Assembly: GCA_965226495.1 (NCBI GenBank)
Contig: OZ245365.1
Span: 4,768,001 to 4,832,000, forward strand
Reading direction: 5' to 3'
DNA length: 64,000 nt
Source of the DNA: Candidatus Marinacidobacterales bacterium
Lineage (GTDB): Bacteria > Acidobacteriota > Vicinamibacteria > Marinacidobacterales > DATDRI01
Shown: in pieces, positions 53,410 through 64,000 of the stretch
Numbering within the stretch: the first letter of the stretch is position 1
How the letters are laid out: every line of letters begins with the position of its first letter
Notes under the pieces: generated by a model
Database searches by the model: none
What the model saw: only the letters and a program-made list of their open reading frames with translations
Told to the model about the DNA's origin: nothing
Made by a program: the position numbers and the translations under genes

Positions 53410-54927
53410 TTAGTCGGGGATCGGAAAGCTCGGATCGAGGGCGCGCACTTGCTCGAACAACTTCTCCGCCCGTAGGCTCATACCGGCGTCCTGATAGACC
53501 CTTCCGAGCGCCACCAAATACTCCGGCTTCCACGGATCCAACTTGATCGCGATCTTGAGGTTTCGCTCCGCGTCCTGGCGCCACTTGGGATTCTCTCTTT
53601 GGGCCATGCCCAGTAAGTGGTAGTACTCTGGTTGATCGCTGATGATCTCGATCGCCTGTTGGCAAAATTGGATCGTCATCCAGTAGTCGCACTTGAGGAA
53701 TGCGTTCTTGGCTTGTGCAAAAAACGCCTTCCCTTCTTTTGCGTCCCGCACTGGGGCGGGGGTACTCTTGTCTTCCTTGATTGATTTCTTTTCGCGAGGA
53801 GCCTCTTTGGGAGGCGCACTCCACTCTTTGTTTTGCTTTTCGTACTGCTGCTCTTTCTTGGTGAGCTCCTCGTAACCTTTAGCCTTTGCCTTTCCGGTCA
53901 GCGTTTGGTGGGCTTCGTTCAGCCGACAGAAAACGTGCGTGAGTTTCTCCTGAAACCCTCTGTCTGGGATATGGTAATAGTTATCGGGATGATAGAGCCG
54001 ACTCTTTTCACGAAACGAGGCGTCCATCTCCTCTAGGCTCGAACCTCGCTTGACGCCCAACACGGTCCAGTGATCCTGGGTCTGGTATTGCTCGTAGAGG
54101 TGCTCGATGACTTTCTTGGCGCTTTCCCGGGCGTCCACCACTTGATTGCGCGGCTCGTTAGTAGCCGCAGGAGGGGGAGGGGTCGGTTCCCCTTTTCGAC
54201 TCGATTCGGCGTAGCTGATGGGTGGGGTGTCCGATTCGACCGGCGGTTGGTCCTGGGCCTCGACGATGCCCGCCTCCATGAGCCCTAGCAGCGTCCGGGC
54301 CGTCTCCACCTCTGAAAGGGGACTTACTTTGACGATGCTCTCGGGCGTTTCGTGACCGTCGACCCGAGACGCGATGAAACCCTCCTCGGAAGTCAGGTTG
54401 ACGTCTTGGGATCGGAGCACGGGATCCTGAGCAAGCTGGAGCGGTTTATCGAGGGCGAGTAACGCCTTCAAACGAGCCGCGACCTGGGCGGAACGGCGGG
54501 TCGCTTCCAGAATGACGTCGGCGACGGAGACAGGTTGTTCTACCGTTTCTTCGACGCTCTCCATATCGGTAAACACCATCCGCGCCGGCGGTGTGAGGAG
54601 CAAACCGCAGAGAATATCCACGAGTTGATTTTTTACCATTTCGACGATATCGCTAGATTGGATGTACCCGAGCTCGACGAGAATCTCCCCCAGCTTCAAT
54701 CCACTCTTGATATGCTTTGCAGCTTCTTCGAGTTGCAGCCGGCTGATCTTGCCGTGGCGAATCATCACCTCACCTAAGCGATCTTCCATAGGCGATGAAC
54801 GGGCTCCTACCAGCGCACCGGCTCGCAGCATAATGCTCCGCTTCGCTTCCTCTCCCTCTCCGAGAAGGACTCCCGTCCGCTTATCGACGTAGAGTTCCCG
54901 TAACGCTTTCGCGACCTGGCTGTTCAC
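53410..54927 (-). CDS. DUF4388/MshEN-like, J-domain and TPR protein
   Basis: RLGEVMIRHG and KLGEILVELG repeats; HWTVLGV..YHPD J-domain; C-terminal TPRs. Confidence 0.82.
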   Translation of the reverse strand: MNSQVAKALRELYVDKRTGVLLGEGEEAKRSIMLRAGALVGARSSPMEDRLGEVMIRHGKISRLQLEEAAKHIKSGLKLGEILVELGYIQSSDIVEMVKNQLVDILCGLLLTPPARMVFTDMESVEETVEQPVSVADVILEATRRSAQVAARLKALLALDKPLQLAQDPVLRSQDVNLTSEEGFIASRVDGHETPESIVKVSPLSEVETARTLLGLMEAGIVEAQDQPPVESDTPPISYAESSRKGEPTPPPPAATNEPRNQVVDARESAKKVIEHLYEQYQTQDHWTVLGVKRGSSLEEMDASFREKSRLYHPDNYYHIPDRGFQEKLTHVFCRLNEAHQTLTGKAKAKGYEELTKKEQQYEKQNKEWSAPPKEAPREKKSIKEDKSTPAPVRDAKEGKAFFAQAKNAFLKCDYWMTIQFCQQAIEIISDQPEYYHLLGMAQRENPKWRQDAERNLKIAIKLDPWKPEYLVALGRVYQDAGMSLRAEKLFEQVRALDPSFPIPD

Positions 54928-55150
54928 TCGTTTGCCTCGGTGGATATTGCCTTTCTTAGATTGTACTAGACTGCGCAACGTTCGGGAGCCAACAAAGGGG
55001 CGGCCGGAGAACGTGCTGAGTCAGGCAGGCTCAGGCTGGCTCAGGCTGGCTGAGGCGTCCATCTATCTCCTTGACCCACAGCAACCTAGCAGATACTCTA
55101 AAAGTGATGCTGAGCTTCCTCATCGGCGGCAAGAGCCTCCGGAGGAAAGT

Positions 55151-55465
55151 ATGACGACCATTCCCAACTGGATCGGAAAATTCGCTGAGGTGAAGGAACC
55201 CGGCACCCCCGGGTGGGGTCCTGAAGGTGTCGTGACCTACCCGGAAGGACTCGGCGGCTTCGTGGTCCGAGGCGACGACGAAGGTAGGCCTGTCGTTCGC
55301 CTCAGTCACTTCCACGGCAAATCCAACCGCAACCTCACAGAATACGGCGAAGTAGCTTTTCAGGTTGAAGACCTTACTTTCGGAGACGGCGTGCAGTCAC
55401 GGGAAGAGCACGAGCGTCGGCGGGACGATCCGGGGGCGTCACGGTTTGAAGAGTCGGAGGCCTAA
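55151..55465 (+). CDS. Hypothetical protein (104 aa)
   Basis: SD GGAGGA before ATG; fills the gap upstream of the GGDEF gene. Confidence 0.6.
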   Translation: MTTIPNWIGKFAEVKEPGTPGWGPEGVVTYPEGLGGFVVRGDDEGRPVVRLSHFHGKSNRNLTEYGEVAFQVEDLTFGDGVQSREEHERRRDDPGASRFEESEA

Positions 55466-55492
55466 GGCTAGGCAGTTCCGGCGGACGACCGA

Positions 55493-58075
55493 ATGATCCG
55501 GCGATTCAAGTCACGGCTCCAAGGTAGTAGCGAAGTCTCCGCGGACGGGGAGACGCGCACGGAAACGCTTCATCGCTTCCAAGCCACCTTCTCTCTCGTC
55601 TACTGGCTGGTGACGCTTCTCGTACTCGCGTACGCTTTTTCTCTGGCTCGAATCGGCGACCGCCCCCTACTCATCGGGCTCGCACTGATGGCGGCCACAG
55701 TCAATTTCATTTTCCTTCACTTCCGGCCTCAGCGGTTCTCGCTCTCTCACGGAGCTCTGGCGATGGTCGTCGTCACGTCGGTCTTTGCCCTGCTCCTCGT
55801 CTATTGGACCGGCCCGCTCGATTCCCCCTTCTTCGCCGCCATCCTGCTCCTGGTTCTCACCGCGTCCCTCGTCCTCAGCCGGGTTGCTGCGGTGGCAGTG
55901 GTCTCCGGAATCTCCTTGGCATTCCTCGGCATCGTCGCCCTGGCGAGCCAGCTAGGCACCCCGTCTTCCCTTCTCACCGCGGGGGTCCAACTCGCCACGC
56001 TCTGGGTGATGGCGTACGTAGGAGGTTTCTTGTCCCAAGAGCTCACACTCAGGGACGGTGAGCTCAGCCAGTGGGAGCTCGAGCAGCGCGTCCGGGACGC
56101 CAGTCAAGGGGCGAGGGACGTGTTCGCCGGAACGATCAACGACCTCAAGAACGCGTTGGATGAGGTGCTAGAGCGTGCAACCTTTGCCCTGCGCATACCC
56201 GCCGCCGGAATCTTCCTCCTCGATGAGGAAAAACGGGGCCTGATCTTGACCAGTTACACGGGCCTACCCAGCGATCTCGCCGAGCTCGTTGCCGTGCAGC
56301 GGCTCACCGAGCCGGGTGCAGGATTGGCAAGTCGAGCCGCCCTGCAACGTAAGCCCTTCGTCTTGGACGATCTCATCACCGACCCTCTCGTGGAGGAGTT
56401 CCGCGAGGCGATCCTTCTTTCCGGGTGGCGCTCGACCGCTTGTTTACCCATGGTATCGAGGGGAAGAATTGTCGGGGTCCTCCAGCTCTTCGCCGACGAG
56501 ATGGGCTTCTTCAGAGAGTCACGTCTGAACGCATTGGGAGCTCTGACGAATGAGCTCGGTCTGACCATCGAGAACGTCTCGCTCGCCGAAGAAGAGAAGA
56601 AGCGGCGAACCGAGCTCGCCGCGCTCCACGGCGCGGCCAAGACCATGACCTCCACCCACACTCTCGACGAGGCCGTACATAGTGCCATCGACGCCATCGA
56701 CCGTCTCGGGTTCCCTCATGCTAAGGTCCTGCTGCTCGACGAGCGCCGACGCCACCTCGTGCCACAACCTTCCGTGCCCGGAGCGGCAGCGGAAGCGATG
56801 GCACCAACCCCGCTCGGCAAGGGCGCGGCGGGACAGGCGGCTCAAACTGGGGAGGTCGTACTGATTCCGGACACGGCAGAATTACCGCTCGCTGACGGAG
56901 ACCACGAAGGAGCCCGCTCCCAGATCGCGGTTCCCCTCAAGGTAAAGAGGAATCTCATCGGAGTGCTGGACATCGGGCACGAACAACCCAATGCTTTCGG
57001 TGACAAAGACATCCGCATCCTGACTTCGTTTGCCAATCAAGCCGCCATCGCCATCGACAACGCACGGCTCTACCAAGCGGAGAAGACACGGACCGAACAT
57101 CTGGGTGCCTGGCGCGATTACTCGGCGCGGATACAAACGGCTCAAACAGAATCGGAAGTTCTTGCGGCGCTCCTTCATTATCTGGACCGACTCGTAGCAC
57201 CCAACCAGTCGGTCGTGTACCGACCGATTCCAGAAGACAACCTCCTCGAGGTCACCCAGCACGTGGGTTTGCCCGGCCGGTGCGGGCACGACTCCCGCTT
57301 CGATGCGGCGAGCTGCATCGCCTATCGGACCGGCAAAGCATTTCGCTACGACGGCGCGAAAGAGCTCCCCTGTCCGATAAAATCTTCGACCGAGGGCGGG
57401 GATAGTTACCTCTGTCTTCCCATGGTGGTTGGCGGGTCCACGATCGGAGTCATTCACTTGGACAGTCTCCAAGAGGCTTATTGGAGCGAGGAGCGAACCG
57501 AGCTCGCGCGTGGCTTCGTGGATTACGCCGCACCCATTCTCCAGAACGTCCGTTACTTCAAGCGACTTCAGCAAAGAGCGATTCAGGACGAGCTTACCGG
57601 TCTCTACAACCGGCGTTTCCTGGAAGGACATCTACACAAACAACTTGCGATGGCCTCTCGTTACGAGCAACCGCTCGCGGTTCTCATGCTGGACATCGAC
57701 CTCTTCAAAACGATCAACGACCGCTTTGGACATGATGCGGGCGATCGCGTCCTGCGGAGCTTCTCCGTGAACTTGTCACAGACGATTCGGGCGTCAGACG
57801 TTGTCGCCCGATGGGGCGGAGAGGAGTTTGTGGTCGTCCTACCTTCAACCATCGGCCGCGCCGCCAAAGTACTGGCGGAGAAGATCCGGAGATCAATCGA
57901 AGCGCTTTCCTTCGAAGAGCAGGTTCCGGGTCTAGATGGGATAACGGTGAGTATCGGCACCGCCGCCTACCCGGACGACGGCGCAACCGAGGAGCTCTTG
58001 CTGAAGAGCGCGGACCTCGCTCTATACCGTGCCAAGCAACGGGGCCGCAACCGCGTCGAGGCGGCAGCAGTCTAA
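55493..58075 (+). CDS. Membrane diguanylate cyclase with three GAF domains
   Basis: N-terminal TMs, three GAF domains, DELTGLYNRR, RASD I-site, RWGGEEF. Confidence 0.92.
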   Translation: MIRRFKSRLQGSSEVSADGETRTETLHRFQATFSLVYWLVTLLVLAYAFSLARIGDRPLLIGLALMAATVNFIFLHFRPQRFSLSHGALAMVVVTSVFALLLVYWTGPLDSPFFAAILLLVLTASLVLSRVAAVAVVSGISLAFLGIVALASQLGTPSSLLTAGVQLATLWVMAYVGGFLSQELTLRDGELSQWELEQRVRDASQGARDVFAGTINDLKNALDEVLERATFALRIPAAGIFLLDEEKRGLILTSYTGLPSDLAELVAVQRLTEPGAGLASRAALQRKPFVLDDLITDPLVEEFREAILLSGWRSTACLPMVSRGRIVGVLQLFADEMGFFRESRLNALGALTNELGLTIENVSLAEEEKKRRTELAALHGAAKTMTSTHTLDEAVHSAIDAIDRLGFPHAKVLLLDERRRHLVPQPSVPGAAAEAMAPTPLGKGAAGQAAQTGEVVLIPDTAELPLADGDHEGARSQIAVPLKVKRNLIGVLDIGHEQPNAFGDKDIRILTSFANQAAIAIDNARLYQAEKTRTEHLGAWRDYSARIQTAQTESEVLAALLHYLDRLVAPNQSVVYRPIPEDNLLEVTQHVGLPGRCGHDSRFDAASCIAYRTGKAFRYDGAKELPCPIKSSTEGGDSYLCLPMVVGGSTIGVIHLDSLQEAYWSEERTELARGFVDYAAPILQNVRYFKRLQQRAIQDELTGLYNRRFLEGHLHKQLAMASRYEQPLAVLMLDIDLFKTINDRFGHDAGDRVLRSFSVNLSQTIRASDVVARWGGEEFVVVLPSTIGRAAKVLAEKIRRSIEALSFEEQVPGLDGITVSIGTAAYPDDGATEELLLKSADLALYRAKQRGRNRVEAAAV

Positions 58076-58710
58076 GCCCTCACCGAGCGGACCCGCCGCC
58101 CGGCTAGCTCCGGTCAAAGCAACCAGGTAACTTGGCGGCCAACACGCGACTCCGCATGGGCTCATGGCTGCTTTCGGGCGCTAGGAACCTCGCCGAATCG
58201 TCCGCCTTGGGGCTGCTTGAGGGTATCAGATGTCCCGGAATCACTTCGGAGCTACCTCACCCGGGTACTGTCGCACCTCCGCGACGGCTAACGTACCCAG
58301 CCCCTTCCGTCGGGCTTCCGCTTGAAGGGTGGAAAGATCCGATCGCGCCTGTTCAAGCTGCCACTCGAGATTGCTCCGTCCGATCAAATTGTCGGGATCA
58401 GGTTGAATCCGATCCGGTCCAGGTCCACATCGATCCATAGGTCGGAAGGCTGGTGATGGGGAGGACCGGAGGCGGTTTCTTGTAGGTGAGGCAAACCGAG
58501 CCCAGGCACGGCACCGGCTGCGACAATGAATTCTCGTCGATCCATGTGAAAGCCACTGGACGCGGGAAGCCTAGCATGAAAGGTGCCTTTCAGATCCTGC
58601 CGGGCGCCAAAAAACGGGGTTGCCGTCTAGTCAGGGCCAGGCGCCTCTCAGATACTGAAAGATCGGGAAGAAGCTGCCCCCGCCCTTAAGGACGAGGGCA
58701 GTCCTTCCGA

Positions 58711-61326
58711 TTAGGAGCTCAGTACGGCTTCGACCGGAGCGGATTCGAAAACGAGCGCCCGGTCGCGGAGGTCGATCCGAAGGGTGGTCCCGGACTGGAT
58801 CTCCCCGGCCAACAGTTTGCGGGCAATCACGCTCTCGAGCTCACGCTGCACGGCTCGGCGCAGTGGACGAGCTCCGTAAACCGGATCCCATCCGACTTCC
58901 GCCAGGTAGCGTTTGGCTTTGTCGGACAGCTCGATGTCGAGATGGCGATCTTCCAATCGCTGCCTCAGCCGATCGAGTTGGATGTCCACGATGGTGACCA
59001 ACTGTTCCTTAGTCAATCCATGGAAGACCACCATTTCGTCGACTCGATTGAGGAACTCCGGCCGGAAATGATTTCTTAGCTGCTCCAGCACTCGGTTTTT
59101 CATCTTGCGGTAGTTTTCATCATCCACCGAGCCCTGGAACTCGAGGATGTCCGAGCTGCCGACGTTGGAGGTCATGATGAGTACCGTGTTCCGAAAGTCG
59201 ACGGTGCGCCCGTGAGAGTCGGTGAGTCGTCCCTCGTCCAAAATCTGCAGAAGCAAGTTGAAGACATCGTAGTGTGCCTTCTCCACCTCGTCGAAGAGCA
59301 CCACCGAGAAGGGTTTGCGACGCACCGCTTCGGTGAGCTGTCCTCCGTCTTCGTACCCCACGTAGCCGGGAGGCGCACCGATCAAGCGGGCGACGTTGTG
59401 CTTCTCCATATACTCGCTCATATCGATACGCACCAGCGCCTTCTCGTCGTTGAAGAGATACTCCGCCAGAGCGCGTGCCAACTCCGTCTTTCCCACACCA
59501 GTAGGACCAAGGAAGATGAAGCTCCCAATCGGCCGCTGGGGATCCTTGATTCCCGCGCGAGCACGAAGGACCGCGTCCGCGACCGCGTGGACTGCCTCAT
59601 CCTGTCCGACGACGCGCTCATGAAGATGCTCCTCCAGGTGGAGCAGTTTCTGGACTTCGCCTTCCATCAGCTTCGAGATCGGAATCCCCGTCCAACGAGA
59701 CACCACTTGAGCGATGTCCTCTTCGTCTACCTCCTCCTTGAGGAGCACGGTCTTTCGCTCGGTCAGCGCCTGCTCGGCCTCTTGGAGGCTCGCTTCCAAC
59801 TCGTTCAAACGGCCGTAGCGAAGCTCTGCGACCTTGTCGAGCTCGTAGGCGCGCTCGGCCTTTTCGATCGCGACCTTGGTCTCCTCGATTTCCTTCCGAA
59901 GCTCCCGCACCTTGCCGATCGACTCTTTCTCCTGTTGCCACTGGATCGCGAGTACGTCGGCATGGGAACGGATCTCCGCAAGCTCCTTCTCCAAGAGGGA
60001 GAGCCTTTGCTTGGAGGCCTTGTCTTTTTCTTTTCGAAGCGCCTGCCGTTCGATCTCGAGCTGCAGCTGGCGACGCTTCAGCTCGTCGAGTTCGGTCGGC
60101 ATGCTGTCCATCTCGGTACGCAACCGTGCCGCTGCCTCGTCGACCAGATCGATCGCCTTGTCGGGTAGGAATCGATCCGAGATGTAGCGGCGGGAAAGAG
60201 TCGCCGCTGCCACCAGAGCCGGATCTTTGATCCGCACGCCGTGGTGAACCTCATAGCGCTCCTGCAGACCGCGAAGAATCGAAATCGTGTCTTCTACCGT
60301 GGGCTCATCGACGGTCACGGTCTGAAACCGGCGCTCGAGCGCCGCGTCCTTTTCGATGTGCTTACGATGCTCGTCGAGCGTCGTTGCACCGATACAGTGC
60401 AACTCTCCCCGCGCCAGCATTGGCTTCAGCAGGTTCCCGGCGTCCATGGGTGCGCCCTCGGCGCGGCCCGCACCGACGACATTATGCAGCTCGTCGATGA
60501 AGAGGATGATTTGCCCCTGGGAATCCTGTACCTCCTTCAGCACCGCTTTGAGGCGCTCTTCGAACTCTCCTCGGAACTTGGCACCGGCAATGAGTGCGCC
60601 CATGTCGAGGGCAATGACTTTTTTGTTCTTCAGCCCCTCGGGCACATCCCCGCGCACGACGCGCTGAGCGAGCCCTTCGACGATGGCGGTCTTTCCCACC
60701 CCGGGCTCACCAATCAAGACCGGGTTGTTCTTGGTCCGCCGGGAAAGAATCTGGATGACCCGTCGGATCTCGTCGTCACGGCCGATGACGGGATCGACCT
60801 TTCCCTGGCTCGCCAGCTTGGTCAGATCGCGCCCATACTGCTCGAGGGACTCGTAGGTCGACTCCGGGTTTTGGCTCGTTACCCGCTGACTGCCTCGAAT
60901 GGTCTGCAAGACCTCGAGAATGTGGTCTCTCGTGACGCCATAACCCTTGAGGAGTCGTCCTGCCTCACCGCCCTCTTCGAAGATCGAGAGAAGCAGGTGT
61001 TCTACGCTCGCGTACTGGTCTTTCATCTCTTCCGCCTGCCGACGCGCCTTTTCCAGGACCTTATTGAGGCGGCCCGAAATGTAGAGCTCCACGCCCGCAC
61101 CGTTAACCGATGGCACTTTGGCCAGGTGACTCTCTAGCCGATGGCTCAGCTCCGGGACAGGTACTTCTAGCCGTCCCAACACCTTGGGCACCAGCCCACC
61201 GTCCTGCTGGAGCAGGGCGAAAAGGAGGTGCTCCACATCGATCTGCTGATGGTTCCGCTCGGAAGCTAGTGACTGAGCCGCCGCCATCGCCTCCTGAGAC
61301 TTCTGGGTAAGTCGATTGAAGTCCAT
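58711..61326 (-). CDS. clpB: ATP-dependent chaperone ClpB
   Basis: Two Walker A motifs ([16 protein letters not shown]), middle coiled coil, [14 protein letters not shown]; SD GAGGAGG. Confidence 0.97.
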   Translation of the reverse strand: MDFNRLTQKSQEAMAAAQSLASERNHQQIDVEHLLFALLQQDGGLVPKVLGRLEVPVPELSHRLESHLAKVPSVNGAGVELYISGRLNKVLEKARRQAEEMKDQYASVEHLLLSIFEEGGEAGRLLKGYGVTRDHILEVLQTIRGSQRVTSQNPESTYESLEQYGRDLTKLASQGKVDPVIGRDDEIRRVIQILSRRTKNNPVLIGEPGVGKTAIVEGLAQRVVRGDVPEGLKNKKVIALDMGALIAGAKFRGEFEERLKAVLKEVQDSQGQIILFIDELHNVVGAGRAEGAPMDAGNLLKPMLARGELHCIGATTLDEHRKHIEKDAALERRFQTVTVDEPTVEDTISILRGLQERYEVHHGVRIKDPALVAAATLSRRYISDRFLPDKAIDLVDEAAARLRTEMDSMPTELDELKRRQLQLEIERQALRKEKDKASKQRLSLLEKELAEIRSHADVLAIQWQQEKESIGKVRELRKEIEETKVAIEKAERAYELDKVAELRYGRLNELEASLQEAEQALTERKTVLLKEEVDEEDIAQVVSRWTGIPISKLMEGEVQKLLHLEEHLHERVVGQDEAVHAVADAVLRARAGIKDPQRPIGSFIFLGPTGVGKTELARALAEYLFNDEKALVRIDMSEYMEKHNVARLIGAPPGYVGYEDGGQLTEAVRRKPFSVVLFDEVEKAHYDVFNLLLQILDEGRLTDSHGRTVDFRNTVLIMTSNVGSSDILEFQGSVDDENYRKMKNRVLEQLRNHFRPEFLNRVDEMVVFHGLTKEQLVTIVDIQLDRLRQRLEDRHLDIELSDKAKRYLAEVGWDPVYGARPLRRAVQRELESVIARKLLAGEIQSGTTLRIDLRDRALVFESAPVEAVLSS

Positions 61327-61406
61327 ATACATCCTCCTCGAATCAAAGTTTCGGCCTGAAGCAACCGACGCGGAATCCCGGCGTGGGATTGCCAAGCCAC
61401 AACGTC

Positions 61407-61494
61407 ATTATAGAATATGATTTACTTATAGTCAAATTATATAATCTGATTACACTAAGTTTTACTTGACACATATGCCTTCAGTCGCTATAAT
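61407..61494. promoter_or_regulatory. Divergent sigma70 promoters for clpB and dnaK
   Basis: - strand TTGACT-N17-TATAAT (61435-61407); + strand TTGACA-N17-TATAAT (61466-61494). Confidence 0.8.
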
Positions 61495-61629
61495 CACGTA
61501 TGGAGATTCAGAGGTGCCTGGCCTAGCTCCGTGTGAGAGTGACACGGCCTGGCTTGGGTAATCCTTATAATCTAAGACATTTAAATCACTGACCCAAATA
61601 ATTATGGGTCATTTGGAGGCAAAACCAAT

Positions 61630-63546
<1,917 letters not shown>

Positions 63547-63569
63547 TAAACGCCTAAAGGCGTAGTAGA

Positions 63570-63608
63570 AGAGGCGAGGCCGGCTAACCCCGGCCTCGCC
63601 TCTTTTTG
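63570..63608 (+). terminator. Rho-independent terminator after dnaK
   Basis: AGAGGCGAGGCCGG..CCGGCCTCGCCTCT followed by a T-tract. Confidence 0.85.
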
Positions 63609-63609
63609 T

Positions 63610-63999
63610 TCAAGCTCCCAGCTTCGACATCGCCGCAGCTAGCCCAGCTTGGAGGTCCGTCTTGCAGTCCTGTACAGCAAGGGCGGTCGACAGGGCAGAA
63701 AGGAAGAAGAGGATTTTCTCTGCCGACGAGGAGTAGCCCATCAGCCCCACGCGCCACACCCTGCCCTTGAGCACGCCAAGCCCGCCGCCGATCTCGAGGT
63801 TAAACGACTCCAGAAGATGCCCTCGTATTTTGCTATCGTCCACACCTTCCGGAATCCGAATGGCGTTCAACGACGGCAGGCGGTGCTCCGGAGCCACCAA
63901 CATTTGAAGTCCCATTGCCTCGACACCCGCCACCAAGGCTCTATGATTCTTCAGGTGCCTCTCGATTCGATTCGTGAGACCTTCTTCTTCGATTAGAAA
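63610..63999 (-). CDS. Class V aminotransferase (alanine-glyoxylate type), C-terminal part
   Basis: IEEEGL..RH, RLPSLNAI, FNLEIGGGLG, WRVGLMG. Confidence 0.85.
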   Translation of the reverse strand, partial: FLIEEEGLTNRIERHLKNHRALVAGVEAMGLQMLVAPEHRLPSLNAIRIPEGVDDSKIRGHLLESFNLEIGGGLGVLKGRVWRVGLMGYSSSAEKILFFLSALSTALAVQDCKTDLQAGLAAAMSKLGA

Positions 64000-64000
64000 A

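Noticed and set aside
55020-55056. Short GGCTCAGGCT tandem
   Set aside because: Low-complexity intergenic run with no evident function
58241-58577. Possible degraded small gene (FTWIDEN.. and LQAEARRKG in different frames)
   Set aside because: Similarity is too weak to support without a search
59212-61137. Long antisense ORFs opposite clpB (also opposite secD/F, ku and the oxidoreductase)
   Set aside because: Shadow ORFs expected from high-GC codon usage

Overview
GC-rich bacterial chromosome segment. Gene content (tonB-exbB-exbD-exbD near a TPR lipoprotein, HEAT-cyclophilin, MshEN-like/J-domain protein, membrane HD-GYP/GGDEF protein) suggests Acidobacteriota; this is inference. Most of the window is housekeeping: ddl, tgt-yajC-secD-secF, rel, rpmB, Mrp, 2-oxoacid:ferredoxin oxidoreductase, Ku/ligase, efp, tdk, ccsA-hemACDBL, Fe-S genes and clpB/dnaK. 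A decayed class C group II intron sits directly behind a terminator. Three things are missed by the ORF track. (1) The best candidate for a new system is three co-oriented micro-ORFs, MTKGILWV, METQNDNIEIVELTVEELEERTAPAAGMIWN and MNRGILWV. They share a C-terminal G-hydrophobic-hydrophobic-W-x motif, and GILWV is encoded twice by different synonymous codons. They lie directly upstream of a membrane HD-GYP/GAF/GGDEF gene, inside a peptide ABC transporter cluster, which suggests peptide signalling to c-di-GMP. (2) A modular repeat family (core GGGGCCCCACCCCCA, often TA-flanked) has inserted at stop codons, broken a translational coupling and added 52 aa in frame to a permease. (3) A 20-aa Lys/Arg-rich gene has its own promoter, SD and terminator. 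All family assignments come from motif reading, not database searches.
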